Positions 13,885 to 28,231 are shown, numbered from the stretch's first letter. The stretch: 64,000 nucleotides of DNA from Eledone cirrhosa (GCA_964016885.1 CAXHJY010001240.1:62001-126000), one strand, 5' to 3'. Notes: generated by a model not told the origin, from the letters alone. A program made the numbers and translations.

Positions 13885-14700
13885 CCGACGACGAGTATTC
13901 CAGTTAATTAAGCAATGGAACTAGCTGCTCGTGAAATTAACGTGTAAGTGGCTGAGCATTCCACAGACACGTATACCCTTAATTTAGTTCTCGGGGAGAT
14001 TTAGCGTGACACAAAGCTGGCTCTTTGAATTACAGGTACAACTCATTTTTGCCATCTGAGTGGACTGGAACAACAAAAAATAAAATATCATAATCAAGGG
14101 CACAATGTGCCGTCCGATCCAGGAATCGAACTCACAATTGTGAGCTGAATACCCTTACCACTAAACCACACGGCTTCTTTCTCTCTGTCTCGAGCCCGAA
14201 GGTTCATCAGACCGGTACTTATCCCGGTCTCCGTGGCGTGAAGCGACTGAGAGTACAAGACTACCCCCTGGACAGGACACCAGTCTATCGCAGGGTTAAA
14301 CCTCCAGCTATTGTTGGTACTCTTTTTCAGCTGCGTATACTGGAGCAACGTGAAATGAAGTGTTTTGCTCAAGAACACAACACGTAACCCAGTCCAGGAA
14401 TCGAACCCACAACATTATCATCGTATAGCTGTACATATATTGAAAATTAACTTAGAAGCTTCGACCTTTTTTTTTCAATATGAAAAAAAATTTCTTGATC
14501 GACTTTCGTCAAATCGGACCGAGGAAACAATGTTTCCGTTGGTCTTTCCAATTGTTAGTATTCTTTATCGGTCGCAACTCCAGGTAGAAGGAACAACGTG
14601 AAATAAAGTGTTTTGCTCAAGGACATAACGCATCGCCCGGTCCAGTAATCGAACTGACAATCTCACGATTGCGAATCCAGTTCGCTAACCAATCAGCCAC
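13885..14700 (-). mobile_element. Cluster of older SINE families (CORE/Meta-like central domain)
   Basis: Recurrent ctggagcaacgtgaaatgaagtgttttgctcaag(a/g)acacaac followed by a reverse B-box-like ggaatcgaa; related pieces at ~13370-13480, 32120-32430 and 61160-61260. Confidence 0.55.
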
Positions 14701-15459
14701 ATGCCTTCATTACGAAAAATCGTCTAACAAATTGGGCATAATTTCAGTTCAGACCCCTGAACTGAAAAGGTTTTCCGTCCAGAGGCTTTTATGTCAAATT
14801 TGTTTGACTATTTTTCATAGTAAAAAAAATACGTTGACAGAAGACACCGTTCTAAGAACATGTTTTGTCTTAGTTTTAACTGCATTACATGTATTCGGAA
14901 TAATACATTTAGAACGGCTTTGTGATATTCTAGCGTTTGAATGTGATAGAGGGACCAAAAAAAGAAAAAAAGATAGGGTGGTGGTTTTGCAGTATCGGTA
15001 GAGCGTCAAACACAATGCTTTGCAGCATAGAGTTACGGTCCTTTACGTTCTGAGTTCAAATCTCGCTGAGGTTAGCTTTGCCATTCACCCTTACATGGCC
15101 GATGAAAATAAAGTACCAGTAACGCGCTGGGGTCGATTTAATCAACTTTCTCCTCCCCCTTCAAATTGCTGGCCTTGTGCCTAAAGTAGAAACAATTATT
15201 ACTAGTTGATGTATTACATATCGACACATGTACTCACACACGCGCACGCACTATATAAATGTATAACATTTTGAGAATTAACTATCAGAGTATTGAGTAA
15301 ATTGAACTTTTTAGAAAATGTAGTTCGATTCTTCGTAGCGGCTGCTAACCACGTTTTTCTGTTTATTGGGAGAATTTTACCCGTTCTCTCAGAAACACAG
15401 GAAGTTTTTAAAGGTAATACGTGTTTTAGTTCTCTCTCTCTCTCTCTCTCTCCCTCTCC

Positions 15460-15490
<31 letters not shown>

Positions 15491-15560
15491 GCACGCTTAC
15501 CATCTCTTTTCCATAAAGAAATTAAAACAAATAAAATTCGGTGTTTGCTGCTGTTGCCAT

Positions 15561-15599
<39 letters not shown>

Positions 15600-16553
15600 C
15601 TTTCACACATGCGCATATACACCCACACACACTTACCATTCCCTTTCCACGGTGTGATCGATAATTTACATCATCCGTCGTGCTGGATTTAGGACAAATG
15701 AGGCCTTGTGTGAGTTAAGTTATGAGGCCCCTTACTTGGGCCCTGAAAGAGGTAATTCATCGTAAGAATTTTTTTTTGGGGGGGGGGGGGCCTCCTGACC
15801 AACGAGGCCCTGTGCTTAAGCACACCTAAGCACAATGGTAAATCCGGCACTGATCACACATGATCTATTGTGTTAGTACTTTAATATTTTGTTTCTACTT
15901 TTGGCACAAGGCCAGTAATTACTCCAGTGCATTACTGATACTTTATTTTATAGACTCCGTAAGGATGAAATGCAAAGCTAACCTCGGCGGGATTTGAACT
16001 CAGAACGTAAAAGGCCATAACTCTATGCTGCAAAGCATGTTGCCTGACGCTCTACCGATACTGCCAATCTACCGCCCTCCAAATACTTTAATATATTAAA
16101 TATCGGTTGGATTGGTTTAGGTTAAAATGACAGTGTTAGTTCTGTCTGGGGATCAGAATGTTGTATATTATTAACCATTATTGGAATAAAAGTATATAAA
16201 AAACGAACATCGCCCTACAACAGACATATAACGTTGTTAATGGTAGGAGAACAGTGTTTTGTTTTTAAATGTAATTAGGTATTTATTGCAAAGCTGTCCA
16301 GGGCTTTGATGTGATGTTGAGAGTTTTTTTTTAAAGAATACTTCATCAGAGGTTGTTTGGCCTGGAAGGTGTAAGCAATGTTGTTTTTAATTACGTATTG
16401 TTGATAAGTTTTGAAGTAGTTTTGTTTCCTGTTCTTCACCAGTGTAATATGTTTAAGTGTTCCTATTAATTGAGGATATGATAAGGTTGTATGTGAACTA
16501 TACATTTAATTAAGCCATGCTAAAGAGTGCTGTCATCAGAATGAGAGTATAAA

Positions 16554-16736
16554 CAGACCTGCCAACCTCTAAAAATCCAAACGGGGAGTACCATGAAAAA
16601 AGTGCCCCCAAACGTGGAGAAATGAGGCATTTTATATAATGAAAGTTGTACCCATTTTCACAAGAGAAGACATCTTTTACCCACCCCAAAGTGTGTGGGA
16701 AATCTCCCCGTCGGACGGGGAGAGTTGACAGGTCTG
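16554..16736. mobile_element. hAT-type MITE
   Basis: TIRs CAGACCTGCCAAC/GTTGACAGGTCTG; flanking duplication gtataaa. Confidence 0.7.
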
Positions 16737-17765
16737 GTATAAATTCAGAAAGATGTCATTGATTTAAAAAAAGAATAGTGTTGGAGAAATAGTTATCTAA
16801 ATTTATAGAGGTGGTGATGTGCTAGGTCTAATAAAATGTCTAAATCTGGTGTTCAGTTTCGGCTATAACTAGTAAGGAGGGTAGTATGTATGTAGAGACA
16901 CGTAACTCCTGATGGAATCGTAGGGACGCCGTCATGATATACGACGTGTCAAGGGCATTTCAAACCTGATGGAGCCCGTCCAACTCCACGTCTGAATACA
17001 GCTGATTTTTCACTACAGAAGGTCAAAGAGAGAGGGGGGGGGGGGTAAAAAAGAGATATAGAAGAAGAATTGACCCCTGTACTGGACTAATACATTTTAT
17101 TTGTCTACCTCGAAAAGATGAAAGGCAAAGTTGACTCTAACGACTATGCCAATTCATGTTAATATACTCGAAGATTTTGTTGAGAAATAAATTGTAATAT
17201 GTGATCTTTCTTGAATATCAGCACAATTTTTAACGTTTTGTGGGTGGAATGGAAGAAATAATGATTTCTACTATAGGCACAAGGCCAGTAATTTGGGGGA
17301 CGGGAAAGTCGATTAAATTGACCCCAGTGCATTACTGATGCTTCATTTTATCGACCCCGTGAGGGTGAAAGGCAAAACTAACCTCGGCGGGATTTGAACT
17401 CAGACCGTAAATGACCGTAACTCTATGCTGCAAAGCATGGTGTCCGACGCTCTACCGATACTGCCAATCCACAAGTTTTATAAGTCTTTAACACTTTTCT
17501 TATTGTATTTCTAATGAAATACACTGCCTTATGTGTATTGATAATTTTTGTTTTTTGAAATTGAAGAATTTTATGCGATAACTAACAATTCCATTTAGAA
17601 AGCTGTTGTTTCAAATATTGCTAAAAAAATTTCGAAGATTTTAATATAAGTATGAATATTTTAAGATATACACTTGTGAATGCTAAAACCAGGACGGTTT
17701 CAAAAGTGTATGGAGAAAATTGTGGAGTTAGGTGACTAAAGAGGAACATGAAGGAGTATACTGTT

Positions 17766-17906
17766 CAGTAGCGTAGCTGAGGTGGGGTATCAGGGAAGCG
17801 GTTCGAACCGGGTGACACTTTTTTGTCTGTTGGATATATTTGAGTATGGGAGATGGTGGTGGCAACTCAAGGGCTGTCCCGGGCGGCACACTCTAGCTAA
17901 GCCCTG
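17766..17906. mobile_element. hAT-type MITE (copies at 23255-23430 and ~23436-23590)
   Basis: CAGTAGCGTAGCT...AGCTAAGCCCTG ends; near-perfect 8-bp TSD atactgtt/acactgtt. Confidence 0.65.
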
Positions 17907-18738
17907 ACACTGTTTCATTTTTGGTTTGCTGAAAGAGTTTTATTGTATGTGCAAACAGAGTAGAGAGATGTCAGACAGACGGAATGAAAAATAGATTTTA
18001 TATTCTAAAGAGATAGTTTTTGAGAATTTGATAAGAAAAAATAGAAGTATGAAATTAAAAACATAATTAGAAGATGCTTTGATAAACTACCCAGAATCTT
18101 CTATGATCCACTGCCAAACAGCCTCTAACAGATGGTAGAAATGGTTAGACACAAAATACATCATTGGAGTTAAAATAACAGTTACTATCTATTATAAAAT
18201 CACTGAACGATGTATTTGCAATGAAAACATAACAGTTGCCACACTTGCATCACTAATATATGAGAACGGTTTATCATCACCACCACCATCATCATGTACA
18301 CCACACACACACACACACACATACACACACACACACACATATATCGTATTCCACCTGGTTGTGTGTGTGTGGAGGGGGGGGGGGGGGGGGGCTGATAACG
18401 TTGTTAGGACTCAATGTGGTTCTTGGAAAGATGGTTGCAGCGAGATTAGACGGTGTGACCAGTAGTAGTTTTTGTAGTAGGTGACTACTGCTTAAGGTTT
18501 CCTCGAAGAAGATCCTCCGAGGTTACAGAGTCATTTACATGTGTGTGTTTATGCATAGGACAATGAAAAAATAGACAGAAGTCAGAGACAGGTAGTTAAT
18601 TAGTTCACTGTTTTACGATCGTTTCAGAGGCTCAATTGATGGTGGAAGATCGATGTATCAACTAGCGTGGTAGTGTTTCTGAAGAAGACGGTTGATCGAA
18701 TAGGAATTTCGAGACTAGATATAGTTAGTAGCCTAACC

Positions 18739-19391
<653 letters not shown>

Positions 19392-19870
19392 ATACTTTAG
19401 GAGGGTCGTGCTGCCAACAAAAACACACACACACACACCAGTTGAATTTCCCTTCAATTTATTATTTTAATTTTCCATCCGTTAGTTTAATAACTGGATA
19501 GTTGTTTAGTTGTTAATTGTCAAATCTCTTTCGTCACACATTTTGTGACCTTTTCCGTGACTACTTTTGTTATTTCGTATCTCTTCTTTGTTCTGTTTTA
19601 CACCATCTGGGTAAAGGACCCTTAACGCCTAATGGGGTGGTTGGGCGAGGTTTTCCCACACGGCGTGTCTTGGGCATTTAATACCTGGCGGAGCCAATCC
19701 CGCTTCGGGCTTAAACACAGCCGATTCCTTCCAAAGAAAGGAAGAGAATGAATCGATTCAGTGTTGGAAGGTACTTTATTTATCGACCTCGAAAAGATGA
19801 AAGCACTCCAGCGGGGGTTTGAACTCATTGTTAATCCACCTACTAACGAGCCTGCCAATTCGTTGCTTTT

Positions 19871-19973
19871 TGTTATATGTGGTCTTATTTACGATATCAG
19901 CAATGTTATATGTGGTCTTATTTACGATACCAGCAATGTTATATGTGGTCTTATTTACGATACCAGCAATGTT
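19871..19973. repeat. 33-bp tandem repeat, 3 copies
   Basis: tgttatatgtggtcttatttacgata(t/c)cagcaa repeated without spacers. Confidence 0.9.
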
Positions 19974-20322
19974 CGTCAGCTGTGTTTTGCAGAGCTGAAG
20001 TTAATTTTTATGAAACAAATTGCTGTTGTAATTATAAGCTTGTTAGTAATTCAACCGATACGCTTGAAACCGATACGCTTGAAAATGAATATTATAAAAT
20101 CTCTCATCTATCGCCTAGTGACTTGATTTTAAAAACACATTAAAGTGATATCATGATGCTATTGCGGTGGAACTGGGGGGCATTCCTCATAAGTATATTT
20201 TTCTCCCCAAACTACCAAAACACATATATTTGTATATGCGCTACAATGTATATACTTGTTATGTTTATCGCATATAGTAGTTTTTTTTATATATTGGTTG
20301 ATATTTGGTAATAACAGTGTAA

Positions 20323-21231
20323 TCTACTTATATATATATAACCACCAATTTCTCTGTCTGTCTGTCCGACAGTGGAAACACGTGCGTAGAGAGAGAGTGA
20401 GAGTGAAAGAAAGAGACAGACTGCGAGAGGGGGATAGCGTGAGGGAGAGAGGGAGAGAGAGAGTGAATAGACGCTAAAACACGTGCTACAGAAATATTAC
20501 CTTCCCCTCTCCACTGACTTTGGTCACTGAGGCCGAGGGAATCGCTGGTTGCTATAGAGACACCTTGCACAAGCCAGAAGTAACCAGTTCGAGGCGGTTC
20601 TGACTTGACACCATGCGAAGAAGGTTGCCATTGAATTTGTGGTTGTTGCTGCTGATAATAAGGACCATTTGAAGAAGGTTGCTGCTGATAAGGTAATTTA
20701 TTAATCAGATTGCGCAGTTCCATAACCTACGTTTGATTTGTTCAATTTTTTTTCTTCAATTTTTTTTGTTGTTTTTTTTTTATTTCTTATTGAAAAAATA
20801 TAAATAATAAAATAATGTTAGAAATTTAAATACAATTAAATACGATTTAATTTCCATTTCCAGCAGCCAATGTCCAGTGTTCAATTTCATGAAAAAATTG
20901 GAAATAATTCAAAAAATTGAAGTTTAACTTTTGAACATTTGTTTTGACAATAAAAAAATATTTCCTTATTCACACCTAATGGTATGATTAAAATTTCATA
21001 GGAATATTTTTTTTCTAATAATTATTTATTTTCTCCTTTTTCGTTTTAACATATATTTATTTCAAAGATTTCACCGTATAGATAACATATATATTTATAC
21101 ATGCATAAAAGACACACCGAGAGACGGTGAACATGTGGTGCCGAAAACATTTCTCATCCAAATCTCAACAATATCAGTATATACACTAGATTTGCTAGCA
21201 GAAAACCGCCCACCGGGTGGTTTTCTGCTAG
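20323..21231 (+). mobile_element. Non-autonomous Helitron-like element (a minus-strand 3' end of the same family starts at ~61445)
   Basis: 5' TC, 5' (TA)/(TCTG) repeats, terminal hairpin agcagaaaaccgccc-acc-gggtggttttctgct and a CTAG end. Confidence 0.6.
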
Positions 21232-21805
21232 TCTATATATATAAAACTGAGGATGTCTGCCTGTGTGTGTGTGTGAGTTTGAATCCCTAAAACTCGAGAA
21301 GTACCCAACCAATTTTTTTCAAACTTTACATGTGTATTACTTATGTTTCAGGGAGTGTTATGCACATAAAACATTAGGTAAAAATATGCGTTTTTTTTTC
21401 AGCTTGAAATTGTAACTACGTATTAGTCAGTCTCTTCTTCATACCGTGAGCAAATAAAATCCAACTTTTTTATGGCCTAGAGCCCGCATTAGGTGAAAAA
21501 CTTTATTTTTTCAGCTTTTTAGGGCTTTTTTGAGGCGTTACGTGTAGTCGATTTTCCCGAAATTTCAAGGAATATTATGTACATAAAAAAAAATCATTTT
21601 CTTGATCCCCTAGGGCTCGCATTAAGTGAAAACCTGCATTTTTCCTGCTTCATCGAGGAAAATTTTAAAGATTATCCAGCCATCAGAGTATTCGGTTTAT
21701 TTTCTTTACATATTGTCCAGGCATGCAGTTTTTCCACGATTATGTCTGTTGGCGGCCCGCGTTCCAAAATACATTAACCCGTGCAACGCCGGGTACCACT
21801 GCTAG
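21232..21805 (+). mobile_element. Non-autonomous Helitron; copies at 25232-26771 (interrupted by a LINE) and 1-50 (3' end); related elements at 24772-~25100 and 36663-37463
   Basis: TCtatatatataaaactgagg..(TG)n start; 3' hairpin cccgtgcaacgccggg followed by CTAG|T. Confidence 0.75.
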
Positions 21806-22319
21806 TATATTATATTAACCTTCTTAGTAAAGTTTTTGTCATGTCATAACTTTTTCTCCATATATCACTATATACCAATTGCTATATATATCCAGAGACA
21901 GATTTCATAGGTCATTTTGCTATAATCACTTTATGATTATTGAAAGCTGTAAATGTAATATGATCTGCTTGGACTCAAATTGTATTTTGTGACCATTTTA
22001 GAGTGCAAAGAGCTAAACTAATCACTACAACTAAACTGACCAACTCCCCCTACCATCACCACCACCCCTAATTCAGAAATGCTTCCACCACCCCTGTATT
22101 GTAGAAATGTAAAACTAATGTTTACACAAGCTTTCATTTACATAGTGCCACTTTTACTGTCCCCGACTGACACTGATTCTTTTAATAGTTAATTAATTAT
22201 TTATCAAAATGCTCCAGCATTGTTAGCACGTGCATTCGTAATGGAGTCAATAAACCCACAAGAAAGATTAACCATAAGAATTAGATGCAGCTAATTCATT
22301 ACCAAACTTAGACCAATTA

Positions 22320-22530
22320 CATCAATTGTCAAGTGAAGAGTACCCAAACTATACGGTCATATAAAAAGATCAACTCATGGTGTGAGTAAGTTATGCCTGG
22401 AAGGAAGGTTGGCTGGTAAGAGAAGCAGAGGCCGGCAGCCAAAACGATGGCTTGACAATGTCAATTTATGGACTGGATTTGGTCTTTGCTCTTTGAACTC
22501 TGCTGCTGGTGACCGAACTTTGTGGGGAGC
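22320..22530 (+). mobile_element. RTE-like LINE 3' remnant
   Basis: YGHIKR...LEGRLAGKRSRGRQPKRWLDNV. Confidence 0.6.
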
Positions 22531-25165
22531 CTGCAACTGGCGGAGTTTAGCGTCACAAGAGAATTCATTATTTGCTCGCTATTCGTCTGTACCAACTTTA
22601 GTTCTTTTTTTTTTATATATATTCATAACTTTTATTATGTCAACTATATTTTACAAAAAGAAGCTATACAATGATGGGAATATTAAAAAGAAAGATAAAA
22701 ACAAAATTAAATAATGAAAAGAAGCGGAAGGGTAAAGAAGGGGCAGGTCTTGTTGTATAGGAAAGTAGAGGAAAGGAATAAAAATGCCATGAATGAGAGG
22801 AAAGGGAAGGGAAGGGAAAAGCAAGAACTCTTGGGCCACGGAAAAAAGGGGAGAGGGTGATGGAATCTATGCCTAGTGATGGGTGATCTTTTGGCTGCTC
22901 CCCGTGGACAAAACTGCAAAAACATCTCCGCGGACAATGGCCAGCGACACCCACTGCAACAGCCATTCCACCTCGTGGGGCTCCATCGTCAGACGGGCTG
23001 CTGATGTTCCAATTTTCTGGAGGAACTCGGCAGTACGGGCTCCGAGGATGCCTGAGGTCTAGACGGTGACCGGTGCGAAAAGGAAGCGGCCGGACAAGCC
23101 CCGGTATTTGCTTGCCTTCTTGTCTTCTGCATTGCAAACTGCAGAACCGGGGTTTGTTGCCGAGGAACAACTCATTGCTAAACAGTTACTATAAATGTCA
23201 ATGTATTTTTAAACGGATATAAAGAACCGGACACGTCAAAAACGAAAGTATGTACAGTAGCGTCGTTGGAGCGAGATGGAAGGGGGCCGATAGGAGCAGT
23301 CCGCCCCGGGCAAAACTTTTATGGGGACGGTATTTTGGGGTCTGTTGCATATATTTGAGTATGTGGGAGAAGAGGGAGGCGACAAACTCAAGGGCTGTCC
23401 GGGCGGTAACACGTTATAGTTACGCCACTGATACACACTAACGTAGCTGGAGGTGGGGTAGAGCAATGTAGGCAGTCTGCTTCGGGCGACACTTTAATGG
23501 AGACGGCACTTTTGGCTCTGTTGTATATATTTGAGTATGAAGGGGTCAGGAGCAGCCAACTTAACGGCTGTCACTGGCAGCATACACTCTAGATTCACTG
23601 GTTTCAAGCTGTGTAAATGGATTAATATGAGCGCTCGATTCACAGGCAAAGTGGAGATATTAAGAATAAACGACAAAACTCTATCTACATGTTCCCACTG
23701 ATTATCGGCCCAATAAGCACGTTTCACAGACGATTGACTATGGAAACTATGGATCCGACTCCAGCATCGATCTGCTCATCAGACTTAGTTATTCAATAAA
23801 AAAACAACATAGTACGTAATAGGTCGACAATCAACAAAAACATGCAAACGAAACTTCTGGCTACACTTAATTATTGCCATCTTATGGTTAATAATTCTCG
23901 TAGCATGAGTGGTCCATTGTCGAGGCATTTTTTCAAAGCGTTAAGAAACCATGAAAAAAAAAAAAAAGAATCATTAGTAGCGAAGATTAATTAAAGTAGT
24001 CCCTCTTAAATGAATAGCTGTATAGGCATTGGTTTGACAGTTGGTAGTATCACTAGAGGAGGCGGCAAATTGGCAGAGTCGTTAGAACGTCGGATAGAAT
24101 GCGTTGCGGTATTCGTTCCGGCTCTCCGCTCTCTGAGTTAAAATCTCGCCGAGGTCAACTTTGCCTTTCAACCTTTCAAGGTCAATAAAAAAAAGTACCA
24201 GTCTAGTGCTGGTGTCGATTCTTCCTCTATATCTCTTTCTCATTTCCTCTATCTCACTTTCTATCTTTCTCTGGAAGAAATCTGCTGTACTCAGGCCTGG
24301 CGAGGGATGGTCTCCGCTAGGCTTAAAATGCCCACGAAATGCCGTATGTCAATACGGCGTCCCTACGACTCAATCAAGAATTACGGGACCATACATACAT
24401 ACAGTATCATTAGAGCGTCGGACAGAACGTTTGCGGTATTTAGTTGAAGTGCTTTACGTTCTAAGTTCAGATCCCACCGTCAACTTAGGTCGATAAAATA
24501 AAGTACCAGTCGATTATAAAGTACAAGGTCGATTTCTCTAAAGAATTTAAGATTTGAATGGACATTTTCTCCTTTAAACCGTCTGATTTCTATAGGAATA
24601 ACCTAAGAAACCTTTCACATCGTTGGAAGAATGTTATTAATTTAGATGGGGAATATATACGTGATTAAATTAGTGCGTAATGTCTTTCTTTATCTCTTCA
24701 AAACCTACTACAAAAAACGACATTACTTGTGGGATGACTAGATTGTATTATATATAGGCAGTATCGGTATATCTATATATATAAAACTTATGTTGTCTGT
24801 AAGTGTGTGTGTGTCCCCTCATTTTTGCAAAGTCTATGCAAATCCACATTTCTACTCCGATTGACTTCAAACTTGCATTTATATATTCCTTGCGGTCTAA
24901 AAGATATTAACTGCAGCTTTTATTTTTCAATTTTCTGTTGTTAAAGGGGTGTTAGGCGCCGGTTATCCATCTCCATCGCGCTCTTATAATATCTGTCTGT
25001 CTGCATTACGACATTCTGACGAACATTGATGAGGTATTATGTTCGCTATTATCCGTTCATTGCCAGGGAACGTCTTCACGAACCAAAGTATCGTCTTGCT
25101 GTTTTCTTTCGGTTGCAACGTTTTTCGAAATATTTACTTCTGCGTTCACAAATTGATGTTTTTAC

Positions 25166-25212
25166 TTTCAGAAGATCCCGTTAAGGGTGAAAGCAACGAT
25201 TCTTTGCTTAAA
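25166..25212 (+). ncRNA. Hammerhead-like motif (U4A core); second copy at 41266-41312 (-)
   Basis: ttt CAGAAGA tccc-gttaa-gggt GAAA gcaa-cgattct-ttgc TT aaa. Both copies share CAGAAGA and the downstream aaactttaatctg before TA-rich sequence. Confidence 0.45.
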
Positions 25213-25260
25213 CTTTAATCTGCTATTTTAATCTATATATGTATATATATAAAACTGAGG

Positions 25261-26043
25261 AAGGGTGTTATCTCTTTCTCTTAATTTCGAGTATATTTTT
25301 TTGACCGGCCACCTTCCTGGTGGCAAGGTTGTAAAAGAAAAGAAATTGTCATCCCTTGAATCGCAAGAATGTTTTGCAAATTTTGAAGGTGCCAGCTATC
25401 GCAGCCATTTGTAGACTATGAATTAGGGAGCTGCGCTTTTTGTCCGCAAATCCAAGTTCAGTCATACTTAGGTCCAAGCGGGTTGGTATATAACCCGTAG
25501 CTCCAATAATGATGGGTATGAAGCTAAAGGTGTATCTTGGATACTGGATTTGTAAACTCCTCATCAATGGTCCGTAGATGTCCTCCTTCTCCTGTATTTT
25601 TCTGACAACGTTTACATCAAGTGGGCAGCTGATCTCCACAACAGAACACGTTTTCAATGTGTGGTCCCAAACAACAATATCAGGCCGGTTGTGCTTTAAT
25701 TTGGTGGCAGTTTTTATTTTCAGGTTCCACCAGTATTCCTTAGTGCTATCTGTCTCAATATATTCCTCCTCGTTTGTTGTTAATTTTGTTTTCCAAAGTG
25801 CGTTCCAGGTGGTTCTAGCTATCCCATCGTGTCTCATGGGGAGGTAGTAGTGAGATGACATTCTTTCGCAGCTGGCAACAATGTGGCTTACATCCTCGAT
25901 CTTTGTTTTACATAGCCTACATTTATTGTCAGCTGCTGTCCCTCCCCTTTTGTGCAGCAGATATTTGGTAGGGAGTTCTTGTTCCTGTATTGCATAGAGA
26001 TATCTCTCAAGGTGTGATGTCATAAACTTGTCGGAACTCCATG
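25261..26043 (-). mobile_element. R4/Dong-like LINE 3' fragment (CCHC knuckle + restriction-like endonuclease)
   Basis: ORF 25349-26023: AIQEQEL, CRLC..EDVSHIVASC, RHD, NRPDIVVWD..VVEISCP..K; short 3' UTR. Confidence 0.85.
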
Positions 26044-26084
26044 ATGTATGTATGTATGTATGTATGTATGTATGTATGTATGTA

Positions 26085-26189
<105 letters not shown>

Positions 26190-26847
26190 CCCGAGAAGTA
26201 CCCAACCGATCTTTTTCAAACTTTACATGTGTATTACTTATATTTCAGGGAGTGTTATGCACATAAACAAAATTAAACTTTTTGATCCCCTAGGGCCCGC
26301 ATTAGGTGAAAAACTGCGTATTTTTCAGCTTTATATGGGTTTTTTTTAGGCGTTACGTCAGACCGATTTCCTTGAAATTGTAACTATGTATTAGTCAGTC
26401 TCTTCTTCATACCGTGAGCAAAGAAAATACAACTTTTTTATGGCCTAGGGCCCGCATTAGGTGAAAAACTTCAATTTTTCAATTTTTTAGGGCTTTTTTG
26501 AGGCGTTACGTCTAGCCGATTTTCCCGAAATTTCAAGGCATATTATGCACATAAAAAAAATTCATTTTCTTGATCCCCTAGAGCCTGCATTAGGTGAAAA
26601 CCTGCATTTTTCCTGCTTCATCGAGGAAAATCTTAGATTATCCAGCCATCAGAGTATTCGGTTTATTTTCTTTACATATTGTCCAGGCATGCAGTTTTTC
26701 CACAATTAGGTCTGTTGGCGGCCCGCGTTCCAAAATACCTTATCCCGTGCAACGCCGGGTATCACTGCTAGTATTATATATATATATATATATATATAAA
26801 ATAAAGTTAAATAAAAGTCAAATGATTAAAATTTAGCTTCGTTTATT

Positions 26848-26902
26848 ACTGCTATATATATTTCAGTGACAGCCATCTTTGGCTGTGACCTCTTCAGGCA
26901 GT
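26848..26902 (-). ncRNA. Type-I hammerhead ribozyme
   Basis: Minus strand reads actgc CTGAAGA ggtcacagcc-aaagat-ggctgtcact GAAA tatata TA gcagt, followed directly by AATAAA. The element (~26797-27052) lies between (TA)n runs. Confidence 0.8.
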
Positions 26903-27049
26903 TTGAATTAGTATGGTATAGACAAGTACATATGTTGTTTAGGTGTATGATATTGTCAATACTCTGATATGCCCAGTTCCTTGCTGGGTTGTTAATTCAC
27001 TGGGGAACTGGAGTCATACTGAGGTGTTGGTATACAACCAACATAAACT

Positions 27050-27107
<58 letters not shown>

Positions 27108-27319
27108 TGGCAGTATCGGTAGAGGGTCAGACACCATGCTTTGCAGCAAAGAGTTACGGCCCTTTATGGTCTGAGGTCAAATCCCGCCGAGGTTAATTTT
27201 GCCTTTCATCCCTACGGGGTCGATAAAATAAAGTACCAGTAATGTACTGGGATAATTGCTGGCCTTGTGCCAAAAGTAGAAACAATTATATATATATATA
27301 TTACAATCAATATATATTA

Positions 27320-27446
27320 CATTGTTTCCGAAGAAGACGGTCTATGGAACTTATATATGAAGTCTGATAGTATACAGTTATATAACTGCTATAGATCAGA
27401 CAATATATCAATATGATCAACCCTCCGAAACGATCGTAAAACAATG
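27320..27446 (+). ncRNA. Type-I hammerhead ribozyme (U4C core), same family as 49917-50070
   Basis: Helix I cattgttt/aaacaatg; CCGAAGA at 27328-27334; long hairpin helix II; GAAA at 27427-27430; helix III ACGATCGT; GUA site. Lies in a ~210-bp element between (TA)n runs. Confidence 0.75.
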
Positions 27447-28192
27447 ATATAAATAGGTGAAATAACTCGACTTTGTTGTTATTATTTTCATTGTTAAATT
27501 AATACCTAATATATATATATATTTGTATATATATATAGTTATGTTGGATGGTTTGACTAATGAATAGATCTAGTCAGTCAGATTAACAGTACTCAACATC
27601 CCGTGTATCATCCATCGTAGATGTAGTATCTCGAGGTTGGTGTAGGTACGGAGTTAAATACTTCAATGAAAAAAGAAGGCCAGATTCCAAATATTCTTTT
27701 AAAATTACAAAATCATGATACACATTTCTATAGCCGACAGGCCCATGTCATCATGCAAGACATATGGTATAATTCACATAAAAGATTTAAAGATTAAGTA
27801 ATCAATTACTGGATTATGGCATCCAGTAATTGATTACTTAATCTTTAAATATTGTCGTAGTCCAGTAATTATTGCTCAATCTTTAAATATTTCACGGGAA
27901 TTACACTTAATGACGTCACCATAGAAATACGTATCGTGATTGTACAACATTAACAGAATATTTTGAATCCGGTCTGCTAAACTCACTGTTTAACCTTCGG
28001 AAGATTATTTCAATCGTTTTGAATTCCTTATGTACTGTAGACTGTAAGCATGCATTGAGCTTTTCCTACCTTACCGAAAGTAGGAGATGCTATACAATAA
28101 CGTATAAAATAGGGCGAAGACCCTTAAAGAGAAAAAAAGAAGTTACCATCGGCCAGTATGAGAAATCGAACCCCATACCTTCCAGATATCGG

Positions 28193-28231
<39 letters not shown>

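Noticed and set aside
19519-19561. Hammerhead-like motif on - (gtca CGGAAAA..gtcaca/tgtgac GAAA..tgac); similar decayed motifs at 58899-58930 (-) and ~41325-41375 (+)
   Set aside because: Core too degenerate to call; probably dead relics of the same class.
19871-19973. 33-bp repeats resembling a CRISPR array
   Set aside because: No spacers, no cas genes, and a eukaryotic context; a plain minisatellite.
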